From the NCBI GenBank assembly GCA_963769935.1, contig CAVYNY010000028.1, positions 32,001 through 96,000 of the forward strand: a stretch of DNA of 64,000 nucleotides. Reading direction: 5' to 3'. The position numbers and the translations under genes were made by a program. The notes under the pieces are model-generated. The model saw only the letters and a list, made by a program, of their open reading frames with translations. It searched no databases and was not told the origin of the DNA. The stretch comes from an uncultured delta proteobacterium. Its GTDB lineage: Bacteria; Desulfobacterota; Desulfobacteria; Desulfobacterales; JAFDCJ01. Shown in pieces: positions 31,537 to 46,785 of the stretch (its first letter is position 1; each line of letters begins with the position of its first letter).

Positions 31537-32495
31537 TTGAGCACTATACAACCGCCCTTAATTTAGGCCCGATCAAAGAGGCTTGGGGCCGAATAGGCAT
31601 TATCACCGTCTTTGTGGTTTTCATCGGCATAATCGCAACCATCGAGCCGCAGTTCCTGTCCCGTGGAAACCTGATGGACATCGTGACTGTGGCCTACATT
31701 TATCTTCTGATTTCCTTTGGTGAAACCTTCGTTATCGGTGCGGGGGAGTTTATTTTTCAGTTGGGCACATAGCGGGGTTTTCCTCAATCGTCAGTTCTCT
31801 GCTGATGAGCAATGCAGGCTTTCCGGTCTGGATAGCCGTTGTTCTGGGAATTTTAACCGGATTGATTCTCGGCATCATTAACGGATTTATTGTCGGCTGG
31901 CTGGGTGTGGATTCCTTTGTCACGACGCTGAGCACGATGTTTTTGATAACAGGGGCAAAATATTGGATGACAGGTGGAATGTCGGTCATGTACCTGCCCG
32001 GCACTTTCATGAACCTGGGAAGAGGCTGAATTATAAATGTCCCCTTCTCGTTCTTCATTCTGTTGGCGGGGTTTTTGTTCTCATATTTCACCTTCGGCAG
32101 GTTGCGTTCTGAAAGATGCATGTACATGACTGGAGGAAATATTCTGGCATGCTATTTATCAGGCATTTCGGTTCGATACTACACCTTGTTGGCTTTCATG
32201 TTAAGCGGATTTCTGAGCTCCATCACCGGTATTCTGCTGGCAGCACGCGCCGGACACACCATATTACCCTGGGTGAAGGTCTGTTGTTGGACGCCTTTGC
32301 CATGTCACTTCTGGGAGGGGTACTGGCGGAGGCCGCGCAAGTATCACCGGGACTCTTGCGGGCGGATTTTTCCTGATGATGGCCATCAATGGGCTCAACA
32401 TTCTCGGCGTCGATCCCGCTGCAGAATGGTTGATTAAAGGAGCGTTATTGATGATTCTCGTCATCGTTTCCATCAGGTTCAAGAAAGAAAGATAA
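31537..32495 (+). pseudogene. Second sugar ABC permease, RbsC-like (frameshifted)
   Basis: GIINGFIV...DSFVTTLS, TGGNILACYLSGI, AMSLLGG. Confidence 0.8.
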
Positions 32496-32510
32496 AGGCA
32501 GAGATTTTCC

Positions 32511-34075
32511 ATGGCTGAAAATAAAGAGTACGTGCTGGTTTTAGATGTCGGCACTGGCAGCGGCCGGGCGATCCTTTTCAAATTAAGTGGAGAGCCGATC
32601 GGATTCGAGGGCAGAGAATGGCAGCACAGCGTAGATCCCGATTTTCAGGGTGCTCTCGATTTTGATGTAAACACCAATTGGCTTTTGCTTAAGCGATGCA
32701 TCGAAGAGGTCATGCGCAAGACTTCAGCAAACGCCGATGAGGTGAAAGCGGTCAGTATCACCAGCATGCGCCACAGCATGGTCTGCTATGATCACCGCGG
32801 CAACCCGGTGGCGGCGTTCCCTAATGCGGATGCGCGTGCGGAAGCTGAGGTGAAATGGCTTATCAGCCAAGGATTGGCAAAACTAATCTACCGGATCGGC
32901 GGTGATTGGCCGAGTGTCCATGATGTGGCCCGGCTGCTCTGGCTAAAGAAAAACAAACCTGATTTGTTTAAAAGGATAGATCGCTTCACAATGCTCGAGG
33001 GCTGGCCCATTGTTCAACTTTGCCGCACCTATGTAACCGATCCCTCAAGCGCCTCCAGCAGCGGGCTATTTGATGTCGTCCGAAGAGGTTGGTCGGATGA
33101 GATCATCGAGGCATGTGGGCTGCCAAAAGGAATATTTCCGGAAGTCGCGGATGCCGGCCAAAAAGTGGGTGCGCTGAGCCGCGAGGTTGCCCGGGAACTC
33201 GGACTTTATGCAGGCCCCCGGTGATCATGGCCGGCGGGGACACGCAGTGCGGGCTCCTCGGTTCGGGTGTCGTGGAAGACGGACAGGCCGGTATCGTCGC
33301 CGGCACTTTCTGGTTGGATTGCGTCGTTTTGCCTCAAGCCATCATTGATGATCGTTGCGCATTGAGGACCTCCTGCCACATCATACCCGACAAATGGATC
33401 TTTGAAGGGGTCAGCTTCGTGGGAATGTTTACCCGTTGGTTTCGCGATGCCCTCTGCTCCGGGGAGAAGCAGCGTGCCGCCGAAGAAGGCACCGACGCCT
33501 ACAAAATCCTGGATGAAGCTGCATCACATGTCCCGGCCGGAGCATACGGAATTCAGGTTTGCATGTCCAATATCTTCAATGCCTCCAACTGGGTGCATAC
33601 CGCACCCATGTTCCTGAATTGGGATGTCTGGGATACAAGCAAATCGGCCAAGGAGGTATTCTACCGAGCTCTGTTGGAAAACGTCGCATATCAAACGCGG
33701 GGAGAATTCGGCAATATCCTGCGGCTGGCGGAGACCTCGCTCGCCGAAGTAGTCTTTTGTGGCGGAGCGGCCAAAAGCAGACTCTGGGCTCAGATTCTGG
33801 CAGATGTATTAGGCGCTGAAGTAAGGGTTCCTGAGGTCAATGAGGCGACAGCCCTGGGTGCGGCAATCTGTGCCGCAGCCGGTATAAATAGATATGCGAA
33901 CATGTCTGCGGCAGCACGCGCTATGGTAAAAGTGAATAGAGCGTTTGCGCCCAACCTGGAGAACGCCTCGGTTTACAGCGAAATGTACGCTCAGTGGAAA
34001 AAAATCTATGAACACATGCTTGTCCTTTCCACGGACGGACTTCTCAAACCGCTGTGGAAAGTGGCGGGGACCTGA
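32511..34075 (+). pseudogene. FGGY carbohydrate kinase, autoinducer-2 kinase (LsrK)-like; one frameshift near 33215
   Basis: LDVGTGSGRA, REWQH...DFDVNTNW, SMRH, NADARA, GGDTQ, GTFW, WVHTAP, LWKVAG. Confidence 0.85.
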
Positions 34076-34090
34076 AATTGGAAAGTAAAA

Positions 34091-35663
34091 ATGGAAAAAA
34101 ATGGAAAATTAATTTTGGTCCTTGATGTTGGGACGGGCAGCGGTCGGGCCATTCTGTTCGATGCCCGCGGGCAGCAAGTTGCTCTGAGTCAACGCGAATG
34201 GGTACACCCGAAACTGGAGCAGTCCCCCGGCGGATTTGATTTCGACACTTCAAAAAACTGGCATTTGTTGAAGAGCTGTATCCATGAAGTCCTGGCAGAA
34301 CCGGGCATCAATGCCGAAAACATCGCGGCTGTCAGCTCTGCTGCCCAGCGGCCCGGGATTGTCTGCTATGATGCCGCTGGCCAGGAGCTCTGTGCCTGGC
34401 CGTGTTTCGATGCCCGTGCGGACGGCGAAACCGAATGGATGATTGAGCAGGGCTACGGACCCAAAATTTACGCAATCAACGGAGACTGGCCGAGCATTCA
34501 CGAACCTGCCCGGTTATTATGGCTAAAGAAAAACAGGCCCCGGACTTTCGAGAAGGTTGCCGGAATAACGATGCTGGATGCATGGGTTTTGTACAAACTC
34601 ACCGGTCAATACGTGGCTGAACCAACGATTGCCTCCTGCAGCGGAATGTTCGATCTCAAGCTTAGAAACTGGTCTTATGAAATTTTAGACTTGCTGCAGC
34701 TGCCGACCGCAATCCTTCCACCGATGGCGGATACGGCATCTGTTATGGGACAGATTTCCACACAGGCCTCGGAAGAGACCGGGCTGCGTCCTGGAACCCC
34801 GGTCGTAGCAGGTGGCGGCGATACCCAACTTGCCCTACTTGGGGCGGGATTGACGGCAGCGGGGGCCGGCCTGGTAGCCGGCACATTCTGGGTTGAAGGT
34901 GTCATCGTGGATGCCCCGCTCATAGACAATGCCCGCAGGAAGACGAGGACCTTCTGCCATTGCTTGCCGGATAGATGGCTGATCGAGGCGGCCAGCTTCA
35001 GCGGCATCCTGGCGCGCTGGTTTCGGGATGTTTTCGCAACGGAAGAAATGGCGCAGGCCGCCAGGGAAGGTTCGAGCGCCTATGAAATATTGAACAGAGC
35101 CGCCCAAAAGGTTCCGCCCGGATCGAATGGTGTCCATGTCTGTTTTTCCTCCCTCTATAACAGCGGAAGGTGGATTCACACCTCACCGGCATTTATGGGG
35201 TGGGATGTATTTGATCTCGATAAATCCGGCAAGCCGGTATTTTGGCGCGCCATACTGGAGAACGCCTGCTATCTGGCCAAAGGCGAGTTTAATCTGATAA
35301 AAGATGTGTCGGGCGTTTCCTTAGAAAGTGTAGTATTTTGCGGCGGCGCCAGCAAGAGTTCTTTGTGGCGGCAGATCCTGGCCGATGTTTTGGGCATTGC
35401 GGTGCTGACGCCAAAAGTTGTTGAAACTACCTCCCTGGGAGCTGCCATGTGCGGTGCGGTGGTGCGGGCTTTACGCCGAGCTGAAGGGGGCGGCTGAAGC
35501 GATGTCTTCGCCCTGTCAGACCACGGAACCGAACCTTGGGAATACGCCGATATACGAGAGTGAATACCGGCGCTGGCTCGAGATAAGCAGACATGCAGGG
35601 GAACTTGTGGATAAAGGCATTCTGAGCCCGATGTGGGCCGCACCGGCAACCAGGGCCAGGTAG
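34091..35663 (+). pseudogene. Second LsrK-like FGGY kinase; frameshift near 35460
   Basis: LDVGTGSGRA, REWVH...FDFDTSKNW, GGGDTQ, GTFW, WIHTSP, MWAAPA. Confidence 0.85.
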
Positions 35664-35741
35664 CCCCTGTTCTGGCGCTGGTTTATAAAAACCTGCATCC
35701 GGTTTCTGCTTTTGAAATCGACAGATCCAAAAAGGCGAACC

Positions 35742-36307
35742 ATGAACGCGCAAACGAGAAAAGAGTTTTTGTCCAGGGCTTACAACCTCGGATTCGAATA
35801 TGAAAAGACTTACAAAGGATGCGCCCAGTGTGTAATCGCCGCGATCCATGACACGCTGAACATTAGAGATGACAGCGTGTTCAGAGCCGCAACCGGTCTC
35901 GCGGCCGGCGGTGGATTGACGGGAATCGGCGTGTGTGGAGGCTATGTCGGCGGATCGATGGTCCTGAGCCAGCTCTGCGGACGCGACCGATCCGATTTCG
36001 AAGACAAAGTACGGATCCGCCACCGGTCGTTCAACCTTACCAAGAAGTTGATCGATGTCTTCCTTGAGACATTCGGCACGCTCATTTGCAGAGACCTGCA
36101 GGTTCTTCGCTTCGGACGGCCCTACTACGTCAGAGATCCGGAGGAATATGCCAAGTTCGAGGAAGCAGGTGCGCATTTGGATAAATGCACGGATATAGTC
36201 GGAAGGGCGGCGCAAATCACTGTGGGAATCATTCTGGATGAGGGGCTGGTTAAGGTCGAACGTATTGATCACGCCCAATCAAAATCTCCGATCGGGCCGG
36301 ACCGTGA

Positions 36308-36311
<4 letters not shown>
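35742..36311 (+). CDS. C-GCAxxG-C-C family putative redox protein
   Basis: GCAQC...GLAAGGG...VCGGYVGG...FGTLICRDL...KC; intact. Confidence 0.88.
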
Positions 36312-37133
<822 letters not shown>

Positions 37134-37176
37134 ATGATGAAATCGAAATCTTGCACGAGCAGTGCAGGAGAAAAGA

Positions 37177-38223
37177 ATGCAAGCATTAGTGAAATACCGG
37201 ACGGGAGCCGGTTTTTGTGAAGTGAGAAAAGAGTCAGCAGAACCTGTTCCTCATGACAACGAGGTGCTCATCAGGATAAAAGCTGCGGGTATTTGTGGGT
37301 CAGATCTGCATTTTTATGACGGGAGTCTTACGACCTGTATCCCTCCGGTTATCCTGGGACATGAGTTTTCAGGTGTGATTGAGCAGGCGGGCAAAAATGT
37401 CATCAATTTCAAAAAGGGTGATCGGATAGTTGCCGAGGCGCATAAAGGAGGCTGCGGGCTTTGCGTTCACTGCCTGACGGGAAAAGTCGAGATCTGCGAT
37501 CATAAAAGAGCAGCCGGCTACAAAAGTGGACGGCTGCTTTGCGCCCTATCTCACGCTTCAGGAGTTCGCTCTGCATCGGATCCCGGAAAACCTGTCCTTT
37601 GAACAGGCAGATATGATCGAGCCCCTGGCAATAGGTGTCAAGGGGGTTCTCGAAAGGGCTCGGGTCGAACCCGAAGATTTTGTAGTGGTGTTGGGATGTC
37701 GGGCCGATAGGTCTTTTAGCCGCAGCGGCCGCACGCGCTGAAGGTGCCCGAAAGGTGCTTATCACAGGAACTGCTAAGGACGAGAAGGTCAGGCTTCCGC
37801 TTGCTGAGAAGATGAATATCGATTATGCCGTCAATTGCAATCAAGACGATATCGTCGCCAAGGTAATGCACTTAACCAAAGGAAGAGGAGCCGATCTGGT
37901 GGTCGATGCCTGTGGGGCGGAGCCGGCAGTTACATCAGGCTTTTGAGATGATTCGAAAAGAGAGGCAGGATCTGTGCAGTTGGTCACACCGGGAGAGAAA
38001 CCTTGGCCGTGCCGTGGGAAAAAGGCCTGATGAAAAGTATTCAGTTGATTTGGAGCCATAGCTCCAACTGGACCAGCTGGGAACGGGCTATTTCTATATT
38101 GGCGAACGGCAAGATCGATGTGGAGCCCGCTTATCTCCTACAGTTTTCCACTGCAAGAGTGGAAGAAAGCCTTTGAACTGCTCGGAGAATTTGGAGGCCG
38201 TCAAAATTCTGCTGGTGCCCTGA
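37177..38223 (+). pseudogene. Zn-dependent alcohol/polyol dehydrogenase, sorbitol-DH-like (frameshifted)
   Basis: GICGSDLH, ILGHEFSG, CGLCVHC...C, IEPLA. Confidence 0.88.
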
Positions 38224-38248
38224 TTTATTAATAAATCCATGTTGGATA

Positions 38249-39677
<1,429 letters not shown>

Positions 39678-39705
39678 CTAATCCGGGGGGGGGGGGGAAA
39701 ATCGT

Positions 39706-40425
39706 TTAAGGATTAATTTCAGGGTAGTCGATATTTCCCGGTTGCTGAATTAAAAAAAGGACGAGATCGGCAATGTTCTCAGGTTCAATCGGAGGGCCTA
39801 CACTGCATCGTTTGCCCATATAGGTGTCTTTAAGCAAATCGGGGTCCGGACCCCACCCGGGCAAATGGTGTGGACATGAACATTGTGCGGCCTGGCTTCG
39901 ATGGATAGACAGCGTGTAAACCCAAGCAGTCCATGCTTGCTGGCGCAGTAGGCTCCTTGATGGATGAATCCCTGGGTGGCTGGCGGAACTTGCGATCGCA
40001 ATGATCCTGCCCACTTTTCTGATCTTTCATTCTTTAAAAATGCACTTTGACACATAAGAAATGTTGCCGTGAGATTGGTCCGTAGAACCCGATCCCATTC
40101 TTCTATTTTAATTTCAGCGATCGGTTTTTCCAGAAAAATTCCGGCATTGCTAATAAGGACATCCAGGGAATCGAAATGTCGGAATACCACTTTTTAAGGA
40201 AGTCTCTACGGCAACGGGATAAATCATTAGATCACAAGCAACGGCGATGGCCTCACCCCCAACGGTGTGAACCTCATCGACCACTTCCTGCAGCTTATTG
40301 AGTTGAACGCGCCAGTAAGGCCAATTCGCATTTTTTCTCTGCCAAGCGCGATCGCTACGGTTTTGCCGATTCCACAGGCTGGCGCCGGTGATAATCGCTG
40401 TTTTCCCCCTAAGCATGTTTTCCAT
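39706..40425 (-). pseudogene. SDR-family oxidoreductase (frameshifted)
   Basis: IITGAS, SNAG, YCASK, ICPGGV. Confidence 0.85.
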
Positions 40426-40542
40426 CCTACTTTTTTAAAATAAAAAGTTTGATCAGAAAAAAACTGACTTAATAATCGGACTTAACTCATTTTGATAATC
40501 GGGTTAAATTAAAGAGCATAATCGATGCAGGAACCATGTCAA

Positions 40543-41512
40543 CTAGTAGCCGTACACGCCGCGCAAGATATTGGCAGGATCCGGTGGCGTGCATTCTTTT
40601 TCACTGTAATTTACAGCCACCTCAATCTCTTCATCCACCCGGATTTCTATTTTGCGATACTCTCCTTCGGTTAGAATGCCTTCCTTGATAAGCTCTCTTT
40701 TGAACCTTTTTATCGGATCTTTTTTTTCTCCTTTTTTTCTCTCTTCATCCGTACGGTAGATATCGGCATCACTGATGGAATGACCCGTCCACCGATGAAC
40801 CATGCTCTCTATTAGAGTAGGACCCTTTCCTGTGCGGGCCCTTTGGATAGCCTTACCTGTCTCCAGATAGACTTTTCGGACGTCATTGCCGTCTACGTTG
40901 ACACCCGGCATGCCGTAGCCTTTGGCCCGATCAACCAGCTTTTTCATTCCGGTCGCTTTTTCCACGGACACCGACATGGCATAGGCATTGTTGATCAGAA
41001 CGAAAATGACAGGCAGTTTGAGCGCCGCAGCTAAATTCAAACCTTCATGGAAATCACCTCTGTTGGCGGCTCCGTCACCAAAAAAACATACCATTACGGC
41101 GCCGTTTCCGTCCATCTTAAGGCCCAGGCCCACACCAACGGCTATGGGGATCACACTGCCGATAGGACCCGGCATCGGGATGATATGATGGGAAAGATCA
41201 CCGTACATATGAGAGCCTGCCGGAACTCTGCCCCCTTCACATCCCTGGTCTTTGGCATAATAACCGGCCATCAATTCTTTCAAAGGCATACCCTTCATCA
41301 ATTCCGGGTTCTTGCCGCGGTGGGACAGCGAGACATAATCTCTTTCTTCCAACCCATAGCAGACGCCGACGGCGGTAGCCTCCTGTCCGATTCCCGGATG
41401 ATGGTGCCCCCGCAAGCGTGCCTCTTTAAAAAGGGTGGTGATGCGTTCTTCAAGTCGTCTTCCCATCACCATCCAGTACGCCATTTCTTTTAGATCTTTT
41501 TGGTAGTTGCAT
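40543..41512 (-). CDS. TPP-dependent dehydrogenase E1 alpha (acetoin/pyruvate dehydrogenase-type); probable N-terminal frameshift
   Basis: GQEA, SHRG, GDGAAN...INN TPP motif, GHSISD. Confidence 0.9.
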
Positions 41513-41552
41513 ATGACTTCCTCTCTTATCGAACGTTCACCAAAGTCCTTCT

Positions 41553-42767
41553 TCAGTGCAATATCAAAAGGAGCGATTTAAGGCTTTCAAGTTTATCCCG
41601 CATTTCAGCAAAAAACCGAGAAGCAGGACCGCCATGGACCGCCCGATGGTCGTATGAATTGGTCACAAACATTTTTTTTCGAATTTCGATGGATCCGTCT
41701 ATTACGGCCGCAACCTCCCGCACGGCCCCGACACAAATGATCGTCGTCTGGGGAGGTACAATTATCGAAAATCCCGAATATAATCCCAGGGGGCCAACAT
41801 TCGAAATGGTAATGGTGCCATCCTGGACATCTTGGGGTTCAAGTTTGTCTTCGCGGGCCCTGCCAACCAGCGATTTCAATTCCAGGGCCAAATCTGCGAT
41901 CGATTTGTTCTGAACCTGTTTCACCACCGGCACAATCAGCTTTCCATTTGCATCAACCGCGATACCGATATTTAAATCATTTCGAATCACATAATGGCCT
42001 CCAAAACAATGCGCATTGATCTCAGGCGTAACACTGATTCCGGCCTGAATGGCTTTCATTATAAAAGGCATATAGGTCAGCCGCGGCATCGATGAATCAT
42101 TTTGGGTTTCGCCGATATAGTCCGATAATTCCGTTACATCGATATCAATTGATTGAGCATGATGTGGTATTTCGGTCCAACTGGCGGTTAAACGGTCGGC
42201 GATAACTTTACGCCAATGCGTGAGTTTCACGTTTTCGTCGCATCCGGATGTCCGTCGGGCCGCGAAATAAGACTGACTCAATTTGTTTATATTCCGGCTC
42301 GGACTGTTCTTTTTCTGCCTGAATAATTTAACAACATCTTCTTTCGCGATCCGACCCCCTGGTCCGCTGCCGGAGGAGATCAGCGACTAGATCAATACCT
42401 TCTTTTTTGGCGAAGGTCTTGGCCAGCCTGCGATATCCTTTTTTTTTTGGTATTCACGATCTTGAATGATAGTTTCATCTGAGTCTGGTTTATCGGAGTA
42501 TTCTGGTTTATTTTACCTTCAGATACGGCTTCAGTTTCGGCATCAATAATTCCGAAAACAGTCCGACCGGAACACATCGCCAACCTGACATCGTATTTCC
42601 GTTAAAAGCCACTGCCCGGCGCAGGTATTTCGACGTTGACCTTTTCGGTTTCAATGCAATATGGGCTCTCCTTCTTGAACGCTTCCCCGATTTTTTTAAA
42701 ACCATACTAAGATGGTTGCCTCTGCAATACCAAACCCTGTTTCTGGAACTTTGATTTCGTGCAACAT
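41553..42767 (-). pseudogene. Dihydrolipoamide acyltransferase E2 (frameshifted)
   Basis: N-terminal lipoyl domain (MLHEIKVPETG), GSGPGGRI binding domain, GTITISNVG, YDHRAVHG. Confidence 0.88.
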
Positions 42768-43773
42768 TATGAATCTCTCCCTCTGCCTAAACAATTTAAA
42801 ACCGCCTTAACGATCTTTTGCGCATTCGGCAGATAAAATTGTTCCATTTCCGGAGAAGAGGGAACTGGACAAAAAGGGGCCCCCAGACGTTTTACGGGTG
42901 CTTCCAGAAAATCTAGGCCTTTGTCCGCCAAAACGGCTGCGATTTCACCACCGAATCCACCGGTAACAGGCGCCTCATGGACAATGACGACTTTGCCCGT
43001 TTTTGCCACTGATTGGAGTATAATGTCTTCATCCAACGGCAGTATGGTTCGAGGATCCAATACTTCTGCCTGGATTCCTTTTTGCTCTAAAATCTCAGCT
43101 GCTGCAAGCGCCTGTTGCACCATTGCCGACATAGCGATGATGGTTACATCGTCACCCTTCTCTCTTGATATCGCCTTTGCCGATAGGGACGATGTAATCG
43201 TCTTCGGGAACGGACCCTTTAATCTTTTGTAAAGGAACTTGTGCTCCAAGAACCAGCACAGGATCGTTGTCGCGCACGGCCGCCTTTAAGGAGCCCCTTG
43301 GCATCACCCGGGGGTGGAAGGCAGCACGACCTTTAGGCCGGGAACTCCGGCAAACCAACTCTCGAAGCACTGGGAATGGTGCATCCCCGCTCCCACACCG
43401 CCTCCATATGCTGTCCGATAAACAATCGGAACATCGACCGCCCCTCCCAGCGACCAGCGCATCTTGGCCGCACAATTTACGATCTGCTCGGAAGCGATTG
43501 TCAAAAAATCTCCAAACATCAGTTCTACTATCGGCCGGTACCCTATAAGGGCAGCCCCCACTGCGCATCCGGCAATGCGCAGATTCCGATAGAGGAGCAT
43601 CGATGACGCGGTCACCGCCAAATTCGTCAAAAAGGCCGCGCGTGGCCCCAAAAACGCCCCCCCCCGCCATAACCAACCGCAATGTCCTCACCAATTATAA
43701 AAACCTTGCTGTCTCTGGCCATTTCCTCTCTGAGGGCTTCATTGACTGCATCCACATAATATAAATCCTTCAT
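42767..43773 (-). pseudogene. TPP-dependent dehydrogenase E1 beta (frameshifted)
   Basis: [10 protein letters not shown]...GEDIA, HHSQ, EHKFLY, DPRTILPLD. Confidence 0.9.
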
Positions 43774-43824
43774 TTTCACCTCACTTCTAGGAGTAAATAG
43801 GTGGCATATATAAATCACGTGAAC

Positions 43825-43882
43825 TTGTCAGCATGTAATATATGCATGACAATGTTTACAATTCATATATGTTTCTTGTCAA
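43825..43882 (-). promoter_or_regulatory. Promoter (TTGACA) with downstream palindromic operator for the dehydrogenase operon
   Basis: TTGACA at 43882-43877; TTGTCA-GCAT...ATGC-A-TGACAA inverted repeat at 43825-43852. Confidence 0.5.
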
Positions 43883-44082
43883 GAAAGAGTCAGGCAAGGA
43901 TTAGGTTGTTTTCTGTTGATGATGCAAGAAAATGTGACCGATAATTAAGAAAGAGATGGGCTATAAGATGGAATTTTCTTGAAGGATTGTACTATTTGGT
44001 TTTTATTTTTTGCAGATCAAAATAGAAAGTCTTTAGTTTATAAAAGCTCTGGCTTAAATTTTGTTTGAACATTGTTTTGAGA

Positions 44083-44869
44083 TTAGCCAAGCGATCTTTC
44101 AATGGAAGATTTCAACATACAGTTGGGACCGCTAAACCTGGCATCAAAATAGTCAACAGCTTGTCCTTCAGAGTCATACGCAATTCCTTTCATTCGAAGG
44201 CATGGCTCCCACAATTCTACCTGAAGTAACGGTGCGTCCATAAGTGACATCCTAACAGCCATAACCTCCCTCTCAGCCTTGACAATTTCCAAATTGTAAT
44301 ACTTATATAAAAGGCTATAGAGATCCGCTGAAAAACTTTCCTTATTTAAGCAACTTTGAAAATCTGGCAAAAGGCAAATATTGGTCAACAATAATTAGAG
44401 GTTTTTTATCTATGAAACGTAAGCGCTTTAAATGAATAACGGGATCGCCGTGATTGATTCCTAAACCATTTGAAACCGAGGCCAATGAATTTTCCTTTGA
44501 TCTCTCAAGCAAGTTGGTACTATGTTTTCGGTCGAGTTTATTCACCATCTCTCCGAAACTCATAAGTGTGTTCATGTACACCAAAGACACGCCTTCCAAC
44601 TTCTTAACAATTGTTCCTTTCCCTCGAATCCTTTTTAGAGAGTCGTTTTTAATTAATATGTTGATAGCCCGATTTACAGTCGGACGACTAACTTCGAGTT
44701 GCGATGAGATTTCTTCCTCGCTAAAAAAACGGCTCCCAGGTTTTAAAACTTTGCTGGCAAGAAAATGTTCCAGGACATAGGCAACCTGATAATAGAGCGG
44801 CAAATCACTTTCGATTATATAAGACCTGTACTGCGATAAATTATTATTCATATCATCATATGTTTTCAT
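44083..44869 (-). pseudogene. GntR-family regulator, HutC/UTRA subfamily (one frameshift)
   Basis: PLYYQV...SEEEISSQLEVSRPTVNRA...RIRGKGT; UTRA-like LKRLRFIDKKP. Confidence 0.88.
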
Positions 44870-45174
44870 GATTACAATGTATCTGTTTTTTTGCAGGATA
44901 TCAATATAAATATGGTTGCCGATTAATTCTCATATCTCTTAAGTGTTTTTAAATATTAGTATTAACTGCAAATTAGATATAGTGGCAGATCTACTTTGGG
45001 ATCAACAAGCAATTTCGCCCTTTCCTTCGAGAAATAAATAAAACGAGGGCTCTTATCAAAAAAGGCCCATTTTAATCCGATAATCTCTGCCGTTTTTGGG
45101 TTTCATCAATTTTTTTCCATTATATGGAACCGGTTGTCGTGAATCAAGAATGCCGGATAAAAATAAATCCTCAA

Positions 45175-45475
45175 TCACCCGCTTGCCGGCTGCTGGAGCG
45201 GCAGCGTGTATCTGGCCAGCACCCAGCCGAACTCCCCGTCGGGCAGTTCCACGTACAACCAGTCTTCGGTGCTGCCATGCACGGTTAGAACCGTTCCGCT
45301 GGAAACCCTGGCCACGACCGCCTGATCCAGTGCGGACCCCGAGCGGACGTTCAGGCGCTCAGCGGTGACGGCCACCCGATCGCCGGCAACCGCTTCGAAA
45401 TCCGGCGCGGGTTCCGTCACTACGACTTCCCGCGGCCGTTCTACCACCACATAACCGACGGCACTGCCGGTAACG
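45175..45475 (-). pseudogene. Bacterial SH3-domain protein, C-terminal fragment
   Basis: VTAERLNVRSG...WLYVELPDGEFGWV. Confidence 0.7.
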
Positions 45476-45504
45476 CAGTGTTCATTATTCCAACCGGTAG
45501 ATTG

Positions 45505-45660
45505 TTGGTAGAAGCAACAAAAACCGTCGACGAGATCTTCGAGATCATGGAGAAGGACTCGCAAGAAAAAGGCCAGGCCTTTCAGGACATCCAGGGCGAT
45601 GTTTGATGAACCTGATGATGCACGGCATTGACGAGCCCAACATCGACTACAAGGACATCG
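45505..45660 (+). pseudogene. Type I R-M methyltransferase (HsdM) remnant, internally deleted
   Basis: VEATKTVDEIFEIMEKD...DIQGDV joined to MNLMMHGIDEPNIDYKD, segments normally far apart in HsdM. Confidence 0.65.
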
Positions 45661-46238
45661 ACGAGCGCTACAAGGCGAAATGTTGCGATAGTGATGCCAA
45701 GGACTGGCTGGAGCAGGTTCGGATTCTGCGCGATGCCCAGGGCTCGCTCCTGAAGCCACGCTTGCCACCATTCGACAACAGACCGCGAAAGCGCCGGTTG
45801 CCTGCAACAATTTTTTGAAATTGGCCTTCCTTGAAGGCTGTCAGCGGGCTGGTCTGTTTGATGCCATTGCAGAGGGAGGTGACGCACTATGAGGTTGGGG
45901 ACATCTTGGATTTTGGATTTTAATTCCAACCACATTTTAAAGATAGCATGGACAAATATGTATTTATAATTTATCCAAAAATTCGTTGATAGCTATTTGC
46001 TCAATGGAAAGTTTTATCCCCTTACACTGGACCACAATCCAAAAGATTGAAACTATCGAATAATCTCAGCATTTAGATATATTTTAGCGACCACAGCTTT
46101 CCCAAAACCACTGATAAGAGAATAATACCTTAGAAATCATGCGATTTGAACCCCGAGGTATTTTGTCGAAGCCCAACCATAAATTTTTCCAAATCTCTCA
46201 TTCCATCGCCTTAATATCCGGGAAAGACTGATCGCCCG

Positions 46239-46417
46239 CTATAAGTGCCCTCCAAGCGGCCGTTTTCTGTCAAAATGGTATTTCCCGCAGCTCTCACAGA
46301 AAAATACCTCGTGCGTCTGCAATTTGAGCACGCATTGCCGGCAGGCAGAGAATTTCTTGCCCTCGATAAACACCTTTGACCGCCGATTGCACCGTTGTGA
46401 CAAATTTCACATTCCAT
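46239..46417 (-). CDS. Possible small Cys-rich protein (needs one indel)
   Basis: MECEICH + (shifted) ...ACRQC...FCESCGKYH...*; three CxxC motifs. Confidence 0.35.
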
Positions 46418-46748
46418 GAAGGCCTGCTTTATCCAAAGCAATCCCACACGTCAAACCCGGTGATAACGAACTGGCCGGCAATAGGCGACCACCGGTTTTT
46501 AATGGCCCACTTTAAGCTCCACCCTCAAGCCGGTTTTTTAATTCCCAAATCGCCGAGGATCCATCCCGGCCGTTTCAACCTCAATTCAACGATTTCCAGA
46601 ATAAAACAAAAAATCTTCCCAAATTTTCTCTATGTGAAATAATTCGAATAATATAAATATGTCAAATAAATTTTATTTTATGTATAATTTCGGCGCCTTA
46701 AACGCCAATACCGTAGGAAGATAGCCCTCTTCCTTTTTCCCAGCTCTG

Positions 46749-46785
46749 GCAAAGTCGAAGGGCCTGTCCTGAGCAAAGTCAAGGG
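46749..46785 (+). repeat. Short REP-like tandem (GCAAAGTCGAAGGG / CCTGTCCTGAGCAAAGTCAAGGG)
   Basis: Two adjacent near-copies visible. Confidence 0.5.

Noticed and set aside
30630..32029. In-frame TAG (30630) and TGA (32027) in permeases as Pyl/Sec recoding
   Set aside because: Non-catalytic positions, no SECIS-like hairpin, inside the error-rich zone.
33205..33225. Programmed frameshift in the first LsrK-like kinase
   Set aside because: No canonical slippery site; indels are ubiquitous in this region.
39685..39697. G13 run as a phase-variation switch
   Set aside because: Intergenic within an operon in the least reliable segment; cannot be told from a homopolymer artefact.
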